A DNA stretch of 64,000 bases from Thermodesulfovibrionales bacterium. Its GTDB lineage: Bacteria > Nitrospirota > Thermodesulfovibrionia > Thermodesulfovibrionales > UBA6898. Shown here one piece after another: positions 8,461-18,500 of the stretch; within the stretch, counting starts at the first letter, position 1; every line of letters begins with the position of its first letter. The position numbers and the translations under genes are program-made. The notes under the pieces were generated by a model. It was given only the letters and a program-made list of their open reading frames with translations. It searched no databases and was not told the DNA's origin. The stretch spans positions 82,534 through 146,533 of the forward strand of contig JBIOIY010000004.1 in the NCBI GenBank assembly GCA_044450345.1. Reading direction: 5' to 3'.

Positions 8461-10573
8461 AATAGACACTTCCTTATTCCTCCTCATTAACAAAAATCTC
8501 CGGAACGGACTCTTCGATGTAGTGATGCCCTTTGTCTCGAACAATTCGAAGGTCATCTTCCTGCCCCTTCTTCTCTGGATAGTCGTCAGAGAGCGGTCCA
8601 AGGCATTGTCTTACGTGGTGATATCAGTCCTTGCGGTCGCCTTCGCAGACGCAGGAGGAGGGGTCCTGAAGAACCTGATCGCAAGGGTCAGACCGTGTAA
8701 CGCCCTCGAAGGCGTCAATCTTCTCGTGGGGTGCGGAAAATCTTTCTCTATGCCTTCAAACCACGCATCGAACGCCTTTGCATTCGCGATGGCCTTTTGG
8801 TCCCTGCGCAGGGATGTCGTGACCTCCTTCTTTGTCTTTGTCGCCGCAGTTATCGGCATATCGAGGGTGTATGTGGGCGTCCACTACCCCTTCGATGTGG
8901 TTGCGGGCACAGCGCTCGGCACCGGATGCGCATATGGGGCGAGGAGGCTCTTTCGATGGGCATCCGATGTGTACAGACGGAGGGATTACGGCCAGGCCCT
9001 CTTTCTGATGGTCATGGCCTTCAGCCTCTTCCGTATTTATTATATCCTCAGCAGCCCCTTTGACCTTAGCGCCGACGAGGCGCATTACTGGGAATGGGCG
9101 AGGCGGCCCGACTGGAGTTATTATTCGAAAGGCCCGATGATCGCGTACCTGATCTATGCGGGGACAGCGGTCTTCGGCAACACTGTATTCGGCGTAAGGA
9201 TATTCGCGGTCGTCCTATCTGCCTTGAGCAGCGTCGTGCTTTTCAAACTGGGAAAAAGGCTCTACGGCGAGAGGACGGGGCTTCTGGCGGCGCTCCTGGT
9301 CCAGGTGGTCCCCCTTTATTCGGTATACGGAGTTCTCCTGACGATAGACTCCCCTTTCATCTTTTTCTGGATACTTTCGCTCTACCTCTTCTGGAAGGCG
9401 ATCGAAACTAAGCGTGCCGTTGCACCGGCCAGGGTAGACGGTAAAATAGCAGCTCCCCCTTCATCCCCCCCCTTGTCGGAGCGACCCTTCGCGGAGACCC
9501 GCTTCGGGAGAGGAGGGGATGAAGGGGAGGGCGACCGCATTGGCAACTGGATCTTGCTGGGTATTGCGATCGGCCTCGGACTTCTGACGAAGTATACCAT
9601 GGCATTTTTTTATCTTTCCGGTTTGCTCTTCTTTGTCTTTCATAAAGACTCCCGGGAGTTCCTTTACGGCAAAGGGCCGTATATCTCTCTTTTAGTAAGT
9701 CTTATGGTCTTCAGTCCGGTTATCATCTGGAACGCTGCCCACGGCTGGGTTACCCTGAAGCACACTGCGGGACAGGCCCACCTTGCAGACGGTCTTATGA
9801 TCTCGCCAAAAGATTTTTTCGAGTTCCTTGGTTCGCAGGCCGGCGTGATCACCCCCCTTCTTTTCGTGGGTATGTTAGTCGCGCTCTGGAAGATGCGCAA
9901 AGACAGGGCGGGCGCGTTTATATTCTGGTTTTCCGTGCCCGTGGTCCTTTTCTTTGTCCTCAAAAGCTTGCAGGGAAAGGTGCAGGCGAACTGGGCGCTG
10001 CCGGGCTATGCGGCGGGGTTCATAGCATTTTCCGCATACTTTGCCGGAGGCGGGATGCCCTCAAAGGGACGCTCCAAAATACTTCCGGCGCTCGCGGTCC
10101 TGCTGGCTTTTACCCTTACCGCATTCGCTTATTTCCCCTCGGTCCTTCATCTCCCCAGGAAGATGGACCCGACGATGAGACTACTCGGCTGGAAGGAACT
10201 GGGTCAAGAGACGGGCCGGATTTATGAAGGGCTCTCATCACAGGGGCCGGCATTCGTCTTTTCCGACAGCTACCAGATGGCCAGCGAACTCGCCTTTTAT
10301 ATGAAGGGCAACCCGACGACCTACTGTATCAATCTCGGCAGGCGCATGGACCAGTACGACCTCTGGCCGGGCTTCGAAAATTATATAGGCTGCAACGCGC
10401 TCCTGGTGATGGATGATGACCGGGAATTTCCCCAGGAGCTGGCAAAGAGCTTCGGGAGGACCGAGAAAGTGGCGGTCGTCATAACGGTGAGGGGCGACAA
10501 GGTAATGAAATTTACGGTGTTCAAGTGTTATGATTTCAAGGGTATTAAATCCAGGCCCCCGGAGACTTTTTAA
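8447..10573 (+). CDS. PAP2 phosphatase fused to ArnT/PMT-like (GT-C) glycosyltransferase
   Basis: K-x6-RP, PSNH and SRVYVGVHYPFD PAP2 motifs; DEAHYWEW, YYSKGP, LTKYT; many TM helices. Confidence 0.88.
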   Translation: MGLPEIDTSLFLLINKNLRNGLFDVVMPFVSNNSKVIFLPLLLWIVVRERSKALSYVVISVLAVAFADAGGGVLKNLIARVRPCNALEGVNLLVGCGKSFSMPSNHASNAFAFAMAFWSLRRDVVTSFFVFVAAVIGISRVYVGVHYPFDVVAGTALGTGCAYGARRLFRWASDVYRRRDYGQALFLMVMAFSLFRIYYILSSPFDLSADEAHYWEWARRPDWSYYSKGPMIAYLIYAGTAVFGNTVFGVRIFAVVLSALSSVVLFKLGKRLYGERTGLLAALLVQVVPLYSVYGVLLTIDSPFIFFWILSLYLFWKAIETKRAVAPARVDGKIAAPPSSPPLSERPFAETRFGRGGDEGEGDRIGNWILLGIAIGLGLLTKYTMAFFYLSGLLFFVFHKDSREFLYGKGPYISLLVSLMVFSPVIIWNAAHGWVTLKHTAGQAHLADGLMISPKDFFEFLGSQAGVITPLLFVGMLVALWKMRKDRAGAFIFWFSVPVVLFFVLKSLQGKVQANWALPGYAAGFIAFSAYFAGGGMPSKGRSKILPALAVLLAFTLTAFAYFPSVLHLPRKMDPTMRLLGWKELGQETGRIYEGLSSQGPAFVFSDSYQMASELAFYMKGNPTTYCINLGRRMDQYDLWPGFENYIGCNALLVMDDDREFPQELAKSFGRTEKVAVVITVRGDKVMKFTVFKCYDFKGIKSRPPETF
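9453..9529. repeat. Inverted repeat in frame within the GT-C gene
   Basis: CTCCCCCTTCATCCCCCCCC ... AGGAGGGGATGAAGGGGAG arms inside a roughly 40-aa Pro/Gly-rich loop between hydrophobic segments. Confidence 0.8.
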
Positions 10574-11520
10574 TGATGATATCGCTTGTAATACCTCTAT
10601 ACAACGAAGAAGAGAACGTTCCTGAACTCCACCGAAGGGTGAAGTCGGTGATGGAATCTACGCGTAAGGAATACGAGATCATTTATGTAGACGACGGCAG
10701 CACGGACAGGACCCTCCCCTTGCTTGAGGAGATCCGGGCAGGAGACGGAAACGTGGTGGTCATCAGCTTCAGAAGGAACTTCGGCCAGACCGCCGCATTC
10801 GCCGCGGGGTTCGACTACTCGCGGGGAGACGTTATCGTCACCCTCGACGGCGACCTGCAGAACGACCCCGGTGACATCCCCCGCCTGGTTGAGGCGCTGA
10901 AGGACTGCGATATCGTGAGCGGTTGGAGGAAAAACAGAAAAGACCCGTTCCTGTCTAGGCGGTTTCCGTCGATCATCGCCAACCGGCTCATAAGCTGGGT
11001 GACGGGCGTGAAACTCCATGACTACGGATGTTCCCTGAAGGCATATCGCAGGGAGGTGATAAAGAACCTGAACCTCTACGGAGAAATGCACAGATTCATC
11101 CCTGCGGTCGCAAGCTGGTACGGCGTGAAGATCGCCGAGGTCGAAACAACCCATCATCCCAGACTGAGGGGAAAATCAAAGTACGGGATCTCGCGGACCG
11201 TAAAGGTGGTCCTCGACCTGATCACGGTGAAGTTCCTGCAGAGTTTTTCGACAAAGCCCCTGCAGTTCTTCGGCCCCGTGGGCCTGGCGAGCGGCGCGGC
11301 GGGGTTTCTGATCTCGCTCTATCTGAGTGCCGGGAAGATATTCTTCGGCAAGGACATAGGGGGCAGGCCGCTCCTCCTCCTCGGTGTGCTTCTGATCATT
11401 GTAGGCATCCAGTTCATCGGTATGGGGCTCCTGGGCGAGATGATGGTCAGGGTGTACCACGAGTCCCAGAAAAAGCCGATATACGTCATCAGGAAAATCC
11501 AGGGTCATGAAGATAAATAA
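10573..11520 (+). CDS. GT2 polyprenol-phosphate glycosyltransferase (ArnC/DPM1-like)
   Basis: VDDGSTD, RNFGQTAA, LDGDLQNDP, two C-terminal TM helices. Confidence 0.92.
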   Translation: MMISLVIPLYNEEENVPELHRRVKSVMESTRKEYEIIYVDDGSTDRTLPLLEEIRAGDGNVVVISFRRNFGQTAAFAAGFDYSRGDVIVTLDGDLQNDPGDIPRLVEALKDCDIVSGWRKNRKDPFLSRRFPSIIANRLISWVTGVKLHDYGCSLKAYRREVIKNLNLYGEMHRFIPAVASWYGVKIAEVETTHHPRLRGKSKYGISRTVKVVLDLITVKFLQSFSTKPLQFFGPVGLASGAAGFLISLYLSAGKIFFGKDIGGRPLLLLGVLLIIVGIQFIGMGLLGEMMVRVYHESQKKPIYVIRKIQGHEDK

Positions 11521-12412
11521 GGCCGCTTTTTTTGCGCTTAAATTATTAGTCAGCGCGTTCTCCCTCTATTTAGTTTTCTTAAAGGCCGACATCCACCAGA
11601 TTATTTCGATGCTGCGGAAAATCGGCCCCGCCGCTTTCCTGCTGGCCTCGCTTCTGTATATGGTGTCGATATGCGGTGCGACGCTGAGATGGAAACTTCT
11701 CCTCCCGGATAAGTTCAGGTTCAGGAGGCTTTTTTCGCTCTATATGATAGGTTCCTTCTTCAGCAGTTTTCTGCCAGGCGTTATCGGCGGAGACGTTGTG
11801 AAGGCATATTACCTGAACAAGGACGCAAAGAAATTGAGCCTCACTCTCGCCTCTGTCTTTATGGACAGGTATCTGGGGTATGTGAGCCTTATGATCATCG
11901 GGATGGCGGCCTATCCTTTTGCCTTGCCGTTCTTCGGAGGATCCGGATACAAATGGACCATGCCCGCAATATTCATTGCCTTTGTAATCGGCAGTGTACT
12001 CTTCTTCGGGCTCAAGCTCGGCAGGAGGTTCAAGACGGTCTCGGAGTTTTATGAATACTTTGTCCTGCTGAAGGCAAAGAAAGACGTAATTGCAAAGGCG
12101 GTAGCGATATCCCTTGGCATACAGACGATGGGTTTTATCGCGGTGGCAGTCCTTGCATCGGCAATGGGAGAAAAGATACCGGTACTTCTGCTGTTCGTTG
12201 TCCTTCCCATTATCATTACGATTACATCGCTCCCCATATCGATATCGGGCCTGGGGGTGAGGGAAGGTTCTTTTGTCGTATTGCTCGGCCTCATCGGCAT
12301 CCCACCGGCGGTGGCGACATCTCTTTCCCTTGCCTGGTTTTTTTCCACCTTTGTCGGCGGTGCCCCGGGGCTGATCGCCTATATAAGACAGCCCGGCAGC
12401 CGGATTAAATAG
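11507..12412 (+). CDS. Flippase-like membrane protein (lysylphosphatidylglycerol synthase TM family)
   Basis: LRW, LPGVIGGD, DR and PISISGLGVRE motifs; multi-TM. Confidence 0.85.
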   Translation: MKINKAAFFALKLLVSAFSLYLVFLKADIHQIISMLRKIGPAAFLLASLLYMVSICGATLRWKLLLPDKFRFRRLFSLYMIGSFFSSFLPGVIGGDVVKAYYLNKDAKKLSLTLASVFMDRYLGYVSLMIIGMAAYPFALPFFGGSGYKWTMPAIFIAFVIGSVLFFGLKLGRRFKTVSEFYEYFVLLKAKKDVIAKAVAISLGIQTMGFIAVAVLASAMGEKIPVLLLFVVLPIIITITSLPISISGLGVREGSFVVLLGLIGIPPAVATSLSLAWFFSTFVGGAPGLIAYIRQPGSRIK

Positions 12413-12424
12413 GCGGCCGCTCAG

Positions 12425-13831
12425 ATGGACATGCCAGGGGACCTCGAAGACTCAGACAAAAAATATATCTGGCACCCCTTTACCCAGATGAAGGAATGGG
12501 CGGATGAAAAGCCTGTCATCATCGCCGAAGGGAGGGGCAGTCATCTTATCGGCGTTGACGGCAGGACTTATATTGACGGCGTTTCTTCCCTCTGGGTGAA
12601 CATCCACGGCCACAGGAAAAAAGAGATCGACGGGGCGATCAAGGACCAGATAGACAAGATATCCCATTCGACACTCCTCGGGCTGGGCAATGTACCGGCG
12701 ATTCAACTGGCCGAGAAGCTGGTAAAGGTAATACAGCGGTCTTTCGATGGTAGGGGCGACCCTATGCGGTCGCCCTCTTGCGGGCAGGCACAGGGGCCTG
12801 CCCCTACAAAAGTCTTCTATTCCGACAACGGTTCGACCTCTGTCGAGGTCGCCCTCAAGATGGCGTTCCAATACTGGAAGCACAAAGGGGTTTCAGGGAG
12901 AGACCGTTTCCTTTCGCTCAACAACGCGTATCACGGCGATACGCTCGGAGCAGTGAGCGTCGGGGGCATCGACATATTCCACAGCGCCTTCGCTCCTCTT
13001 CTTTTCAATACGTACAGGGCGCCCTCTCCCTATTGCTACCGCTGCGAACTCGATATGAAATATCCCGGCTGCGGCCTCGCATGCCTTTCGAAGATGGAAG
13101 ATATCCTCTCCGCCCATCACACCGGGATCGCGGCCCTCATCATAGAACCCCTTGTCCAGGCGGCAGGCGGGATGATCGTTTCGCCCCCCGGGTATCTGAA
13201 AGGCGCGAGGGAGCTATGTAAGAAGTATGATGTGCTTTTTATCGCCGACGAGGTCGCCACGGGGTTCGGGAGGACAGGGAAGATGTTTGCGTGCGAACAC
13301 GAATCCGTCATCCCCGACCTGATCTGCCTCTCCAAAGGCATCACAGGTGGATATCTCCCCCTGGCGGTGACTGTAGCATCGGGAGAGATCTATAATGCAT
13401 TTCTCGGCGAATTCAGCGAACTCAAGACCTTTTTCCACGGCCATTCCTATACAGGCAATCCGCTCGGCTGCGCCGCTGCGCTCGCATGCCTGGAGATCTT
13501 CGAAAAGGAGAGGACGCTCGAACAGCTCCTTCCTAAGATCGAAATCCTCGAAGACCGGCTGAGAGAGATATCAGGTATGGACCACGTCGGAGACGTCCGG
13601 AACAAAGGTCTTATGGCCGGCGTCGAACTCGTAAAAGACAAGGAGACAAAGTCGGCGTATCCGTGGGAGGAAAAGCTGGGCTGGCGCGTCTGCCATTATG
13701 TGAGAGAGAAGGGAATACTCATCAGGCCGCTCGGAAACGTGATCGTGATCATGCCGCCCCTGAGCATTTCCAGTGATGACCTGAGATATATGCTTGACGC
13801 AATAGGGGAGGCGATAGGCAAGGTAACATGA
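12425..13831 (+). CDS. bioA: Adenosylmethionine-8-amino-7-oxononanoate transaminase
   Basis: WHPFTQM, SSLWVNIHGH, YHGDT, ADEVATGFGRTG, LSKGITGG, HGHSYTGNP. Confidence 0.95.
   Translation: MDMPGDLEDSDKKYIWHPFTQMKEWADEKPVIIAEGRGSHLIGVDGRTYIDGVSSLWVNIHGHRKKEIDGAIKDQIDKISHSTLLGLGNVPAIQLAEKLVKVIQRSFDGRGDPMRSPSCGQAQGPAPTKVFYSDNGSTSVEVALKMAFQYWKHKGVSGRDRFLSLNNAYHGDTLGAVSVGGIDIFHSAFAPLLFNTYRAPSPYCYRCELDMKYPGCGLACLSKMEDILSAHHTGIAALIIEPLVQAAGGMIVSPPGYLKGARELCKKYDVLFIADEVATGFGRTGKMFACEHESVIPDLICLSKGITGGYLPLAVTVASGEIYNAFLGEFSELKTFFHGHSYTGNPLGCAAALACLEIFEKERTLEQLLPKIEILEDRLREISGMDHVGDVRNKGLMAGVELVKDKETKSAYPWEEKLGWRVCHYVREKGILIRPLGNVIVIMPPLSISSDDLRYMLDAIGEAIGKVT
12750..12807. repeat. REPIN-like doublet in frame within bioA
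   Basis: GTAGGGGCGACC..GGTCGCCC, a 6-nt spacer, then GGGCAGGC..GCCTGCCCCTAC: two GTAG REP units in inverted orientation. Confidence 0.88.
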
Positions 13832-14280
13832 GCAAAAGATCGATCATATTGCTGGCGCTCCTGATCCTCTCTCCTGTGGTCATCTATTTCCTCTGGCCCA
13901 CCGACGAGGGCCGGATCAAGAAACTCTTCAGAGAGGGAGCAGCTGCCGTCGAGCAGAAGAAACTTGACGACGTGATGTCAAAGATATCCTTTAACTATTC
14001 AGACGGCAAGGGCCTCAGCTATATCACGATAAAGGAGAGCATGAAGAGGATCTTCAGCGAGATGAAGGACATAAAGGTCGAATGCGATGTCAGAGCGATA
14101 GAGATAAGGGACGACAAGGCAACGGCCGGGGCCGATCTGAGGGTCATTGCGACGAGCGGGAACGACACCGGATATTTCATCGGTGATGCCGCGAAACCCG
14201 TTTCCATGAAATTCTTCCTCGAAAAAGAGCGGATGAAGTGGCTTATCGTGAGTTCGGAAGGCGGCCCTGCTTTAGAATAG
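13828..14280 (+). CDS. Membrane-anchored hypothetical protein, possibly NTF2/SnoaL-like
   Basis: N-terminal TM, ATGA overlap with the bioA stop, C-terminal W-L-I strand. Confidence 0.7.
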   Translation: MSKRSIILLALLILSPVVIYFLWPTDEGRIKKLFREGAAAVEQKKLDDVMSKISFNYSDGKGLSYITIKESMKRIFSEMKDIKVECDVRAIEIRDDKATAGADLRVIATSGNDTGYFIGDAAKPVSMKFFLEKERMKWLIVSSEGGPALE

Positions 14281-14425
14281 ACCTTGCAGTTGCAATGAAG
14301 CGGCCGTTCAGTATCGCTGCTTTGAAGCGCTTTTGCAAACCTGATATAATAGGGCCGATAATTGTGAAAGGGGTGACGATTCTCAGTCCCTCAAAGCTTC
14401 TTATGGACACGAAAGGAGTCCGGAA

Positions 14426-15043
14426 ATGAAACGGTCATTACAGATCACTACGCTCATTATTCTTGCATTGCCGCTCGTCTTCCCGCGGGCGGCGCTGTCC
14501 GAGGTGAGGATTTACCTTAATAACGGGAGGGACATTGTTGCAGACGGATGCAGTGACTCGGAGGGAAAGCTCGTCTGTGAAAAAGAAGGCGGGACTTTTG
14601 AAGTCGACAAGAAAGATGTTCTGAAAGTAAAGGGGATAACCATAGAGCGGGCCCCTTCTCAGCAAGCTTCTGAGGAGAAGTCAGGCGGGAAAGCCGAATC
14701 AGGGGAAAAGGGACCTGCTAAACCTCAGGCAGACATGAAGGCCGCAGAAAAACAGCCCGAAGGCGAGCCGATCAAGGGTCTGAAGCCTGAAGAGGAAGAA
14801 CGGCTTGACCAGATAAACCGGAAGAAGCAGAAGATGAAAGATGAAAGGGAGAAGCTTATCAAAGAGCGGGACAAGCTCTATGAAGACGTCAAGAATACCA
14901 GTATGACAAGAACCCAGGCCCAGTTCAATGAGATAAAAAACCGCAATAAGGACCTCGAAACGCGGATCAATGCATTCAACGACGAAGTAAAGAAGCTGAA
15001 CGAAGAGGAGAAGGATATTATTGAAGGAAGCAAGAACAAGTAG
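14426..15043 (+). CDS. Exported hypothetical protein with coiled-coil C-terminus
   Basis: Signal peptide, AAGGAG RBS, upstream TTGAAG-N17-TATAAT. Confidence 0.75.
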   Translation: MKRSLQITTLIILALPLVFPRAALSEVRIYLNNGRDIVADGCSDSEGKLVCEKEGGTFEVDKKDVLKVKGITIERAPSQQASEEKSGGKAESGEKGPAKPQADMKAAEKQPEGEPIKGLKPEEEERLDQINRKKQKMKDEREKLIKERDKLYEDVKNTSMTRTQAQFNEIKNRNKDLETRINAFNDEVKKLNEEEKDIIEGSKNK

Positions 15044-15053
15044 CACCGGGTTG

Positions 15054-15166
15054 TGTAACTGATTACATAGTTAGGAGGCGGGCTACATAGTTTGTTCGGG
15101 TCAGTGGATATCTTATCCCTTAAAAACAAGGTGTTACAGATAATACTTTTTGGCATTTGCATTGCT
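15054..15166 (+). promoter_or_regulatory. Sigma54 promoter with candidate enhancer and IHF sites
   Basis: TGGCATTTGCATTGCT (GG-N10-GC) at 15151-15166; TGTAA-N4-TTACA at 15054-15067; IHF-like AAACAAGGTGTTA between them. Confidence 0.7.
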
Positions 15167-15212
15167 TAATTATGAAAGCATCTGATTATCTTGCTGACAA
15201 ATGGAGGCGGTC

Positions 15213-15554
15213 ATGAATAGAAGAACTTGTATAATAACGCTGGCAATCGGTTGCCTGCTGGTCCTCTTTGCATCCAGTGCTGTCTTTGCCGCCGTTAAGG
15301 TCAAAGCATCCGGCATAATGACATCTTTAGAAGATGATGGGACAGTCATTATTAAAAAAATAATCAGTATTAACAAAAGTGGTGAGAAGAGCCAGTCGAC
15401 CGGCTATCTGCTGTCTCCGTCAGTCGTTGTCCAGGATCAAAATGGGGGAAGCATATCACTGAATGATATTGCACTGCCTTACAATGTGGATTTTGAATAC
15501 GAATATACGCCAAAGGGCTTTATGATTACCTTGATAAAAAAAGTTGCAGGATAG
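15213..15554 (+). CDS. Small exported protein heading the pilY1 operon
   Basis: GGAGG RBS, signal peptide ending AVFA, beta-rich mature part. Confidence 0.7.
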   Translation: MNRRTCIITLAIGCLLVLFASSAVFAAVKVKASGIMTSLEDDGTVIIKKIISINKSGEKSQSTGYLLSPSVVVQDQNGGSISLNDIALPYNVDFEYEYTPKGFMITLIKKVAG

Positions 15555-15568
15555 ATGGGGGTGATACT

Positions 15569-18500
15569 GTGAAGAGCAGAAAAAATATTCCGGTTGTTGT
15601 AATAGGCGTCTTTCTATGTGCAGTTCTGATGTTGTCTGCCCAGGCAGAGGCCAATCCGCCGTCTCAGAAAGGGTACTGTATCCAGCCGCCTTTTCTTGTG
15701 GCCCCCAAGCAGCCGAATGTCCTCATTATACTGGACAACTCGGGCAGCATGAATTGTCTTGCATACCAAAGCGGATTCGACCCCTCGCAATTCACGAGCG
15801 GCACTTACTACGGATATTTCGATCCGACGAAGAATTATAGATACGATACCTCCAGCAGCACTGCAGCTGCTCCCAACAGATGGATACCGACCAATGCTGC
15901 AATGAACACCGGTACCGTGGCAAATCCGATTGCAAGCGGCAACCTGCTTAACTGGATAACCATGTCCAGGCAAGACATTGCGAAGAAACTCCTGATAGGC
16001 GGCAGGGCGGCTACGGGCATATCTTCCGCCGGTGCATACAATGTTGCTGACCGCACCACGAGCCCGGTGAAGCTGTATGCCGATAGCGACGCGACGTCAG
16101 GCCTTACGTGTACTACTAACGTTAAGTCCAATGACGGCACGGACAAGGTTTGCAGCAATAATAATGCGCAAACCTGTGATGCTGATAGTGACTGTGGCGC
16201 CGGCAACACCTGCAACTATCTCATATACCCTTTTGTCGGCGATTATAAATATACCGTTGCAACCGGCGATACTAACACATTCAGTATAGCGTTCAATGAC
16301 CCGAGCACATTAAAATTGTATCCAAACAGAAATTACCCCGGCAGTAATCCTGCTTATACTTTTCCTAACGCCTGGGTAGTCTCAACAGGGACCCAGGCAA
16401 ATGCGTATCAGACAGTAGACGAAACAACCGCCAATACTACTGACTATATAACAAACAAAACAACAACAGAGCAGGCGTTATTCGATTACGACCGCGCAAA
16501 CGCCGCCCTGCTGGCGGCCTCCGGTACCATCAGCAGTGTCACTGTTCACGCATATGCCAAGAAGACCGGTTCCGCCACTCTGTATCTTCAGGCAGTGATG
16601 TGGATGAATATTCCTCTTTTGCCGGATTCGGTCCAGCCTTCAGGGCTATCGGCATTGACTACGAGTTTCGCCGACATCCCGTTTGACTATCCATTGAATC
16701 CCATAACAGGCGCACCCTGGGACTGGAGCGACTTAACCGGTACTAACTCTGCGACGGGTCCGAACAGGCTGAAGGCCTTCGGTGTCCAGACAATGGGGCC
16801 ATCCAACGCATCACCGACATCTTCTCTCTATGCTACGGTAAGCCAGGTTTACATACAGATAAACGTCTCCTCCCCGCCGGCCGGGGGGCCGTATAAAATT
16901 ATCGTGGATCAGGGGACCACGCCGGCAACAGGGATACTGGATGCCATGAGCACTGAAGTCAGGTTCGGACTGGCCCAATATAATTCCAACGGAGTCGGCG
17001 GGAAGATAGCCGATACCAGCGCAACGACCCCCACCTATGTCAATGCCGGCAATGTCCCGAACATTGTCAAGACGATCAGCAATACAATAGGTGCAAGCAC
17101 TACCCCTCTGGCAGAGACCCTTTATGAAATGGAGAGGTATTTTCGTCAGGATTCAACATATTACAGCTCTGCAGACTATACAAAAGGCTGCGCCACTGCC
17201 CTAAATGGGACTTCTAACTGTACAGGTCAAAGCGTCAACACCAATGACCCATATTTTTATGGGGGTTCTATTAATCAATATGTGCCTTGTACCCAGTCAT
17301 ATGTCCTCTTGTTGACTGACGGGGAATCCTATAGCGATACGGCCCTTCCCTCAACTACGCCGGCATCGCCCTACGCTCCCTGTTCCCTTACGAATATAAA
17401 GGGGTGTTCGGGTGCGGGAACTTTGCCCCGTCCCACCAGATTTGGCGGGACCACGATCGGACAGACTTATACCGGTTCAGGCTCGGATTATCTGATTGAT
17501 GTGGCATACTGGGGAAGGACAAACGACATGCGTACCGGGGCAACTGATCTGCCGACCAACTGGCAGCAAGGGCTCCCGAAAACCCAGAACATCTACCTTT
17601 ACACGGTCTTCCTCTTCGGCAGCGGTTCTACGCTCCTGCAGGACGCTGCAATTTACGGCGGGTTCCAGGACATTAACGGCAACAATCAGCCTGACTGTAC
17701 GACAAAGCCCGAGGAATGCTATCGGGACAGCAATGGTGACGGCCATATTTATTCCGTAAGGCATCGTTTCTGCACAAATGAGGCACCCACCTTTGCCACA
17801 ACCTGCTTAACTGACGCTAACTGCACTGCGGGCGGGACCTGTCTTGACCCGGATGCTCCCATTACCTATTACGAGGGCGATGACGGTTATAAACTGCAGG
17901 CGAGCATAACGGCCGCCCTTACCGAAATATTGAAGAGGGCGGCGTCGGGGACCGCGGCCTCGGTTCTGGCCTCAGGACAGGGTAGCGGAGCCAACCTGCT
18001 GCAAGCCATCTTTTACCCCAAGCGGTCCATAAGCGGCCAATCTGATATTATGTGGACCAGCACGCTCCAGAACCTCTGGTATTATATCAATCCCAGTTCA
18101 TCATCCGCGAGCACTATCAGGGAGAACACAGCGGATACAGGCTCAATCTATGAACTGAACCTCGATAAAGACAACATCATCAACTTTTTCTTTGACGATA
18201 CAACTCAAATGACCAAGGCGAACCTCTTCGCTGATGCAAATGGCGACGGCGTTGCCGACAGTACGATCCCTACTGCGGTTGTCGATGGGACAGCTGTCAA
18301 GAACCTGTGGGAGGCAGGGTTGATGCTCTGGAACACAAGTGCCGATAGCAGAAAGATCTATACGAACGTGACCGACACCTATGCTGCGACAACAACTGCG
18401 TTTGCCGGAATGACGGAGTTCAAAACAGCGAATCTCACCGGCACCACTCCCACGCTCCAGAGCCTGTTGAACACAGACTATACAGTTGGGACCGGGATCG

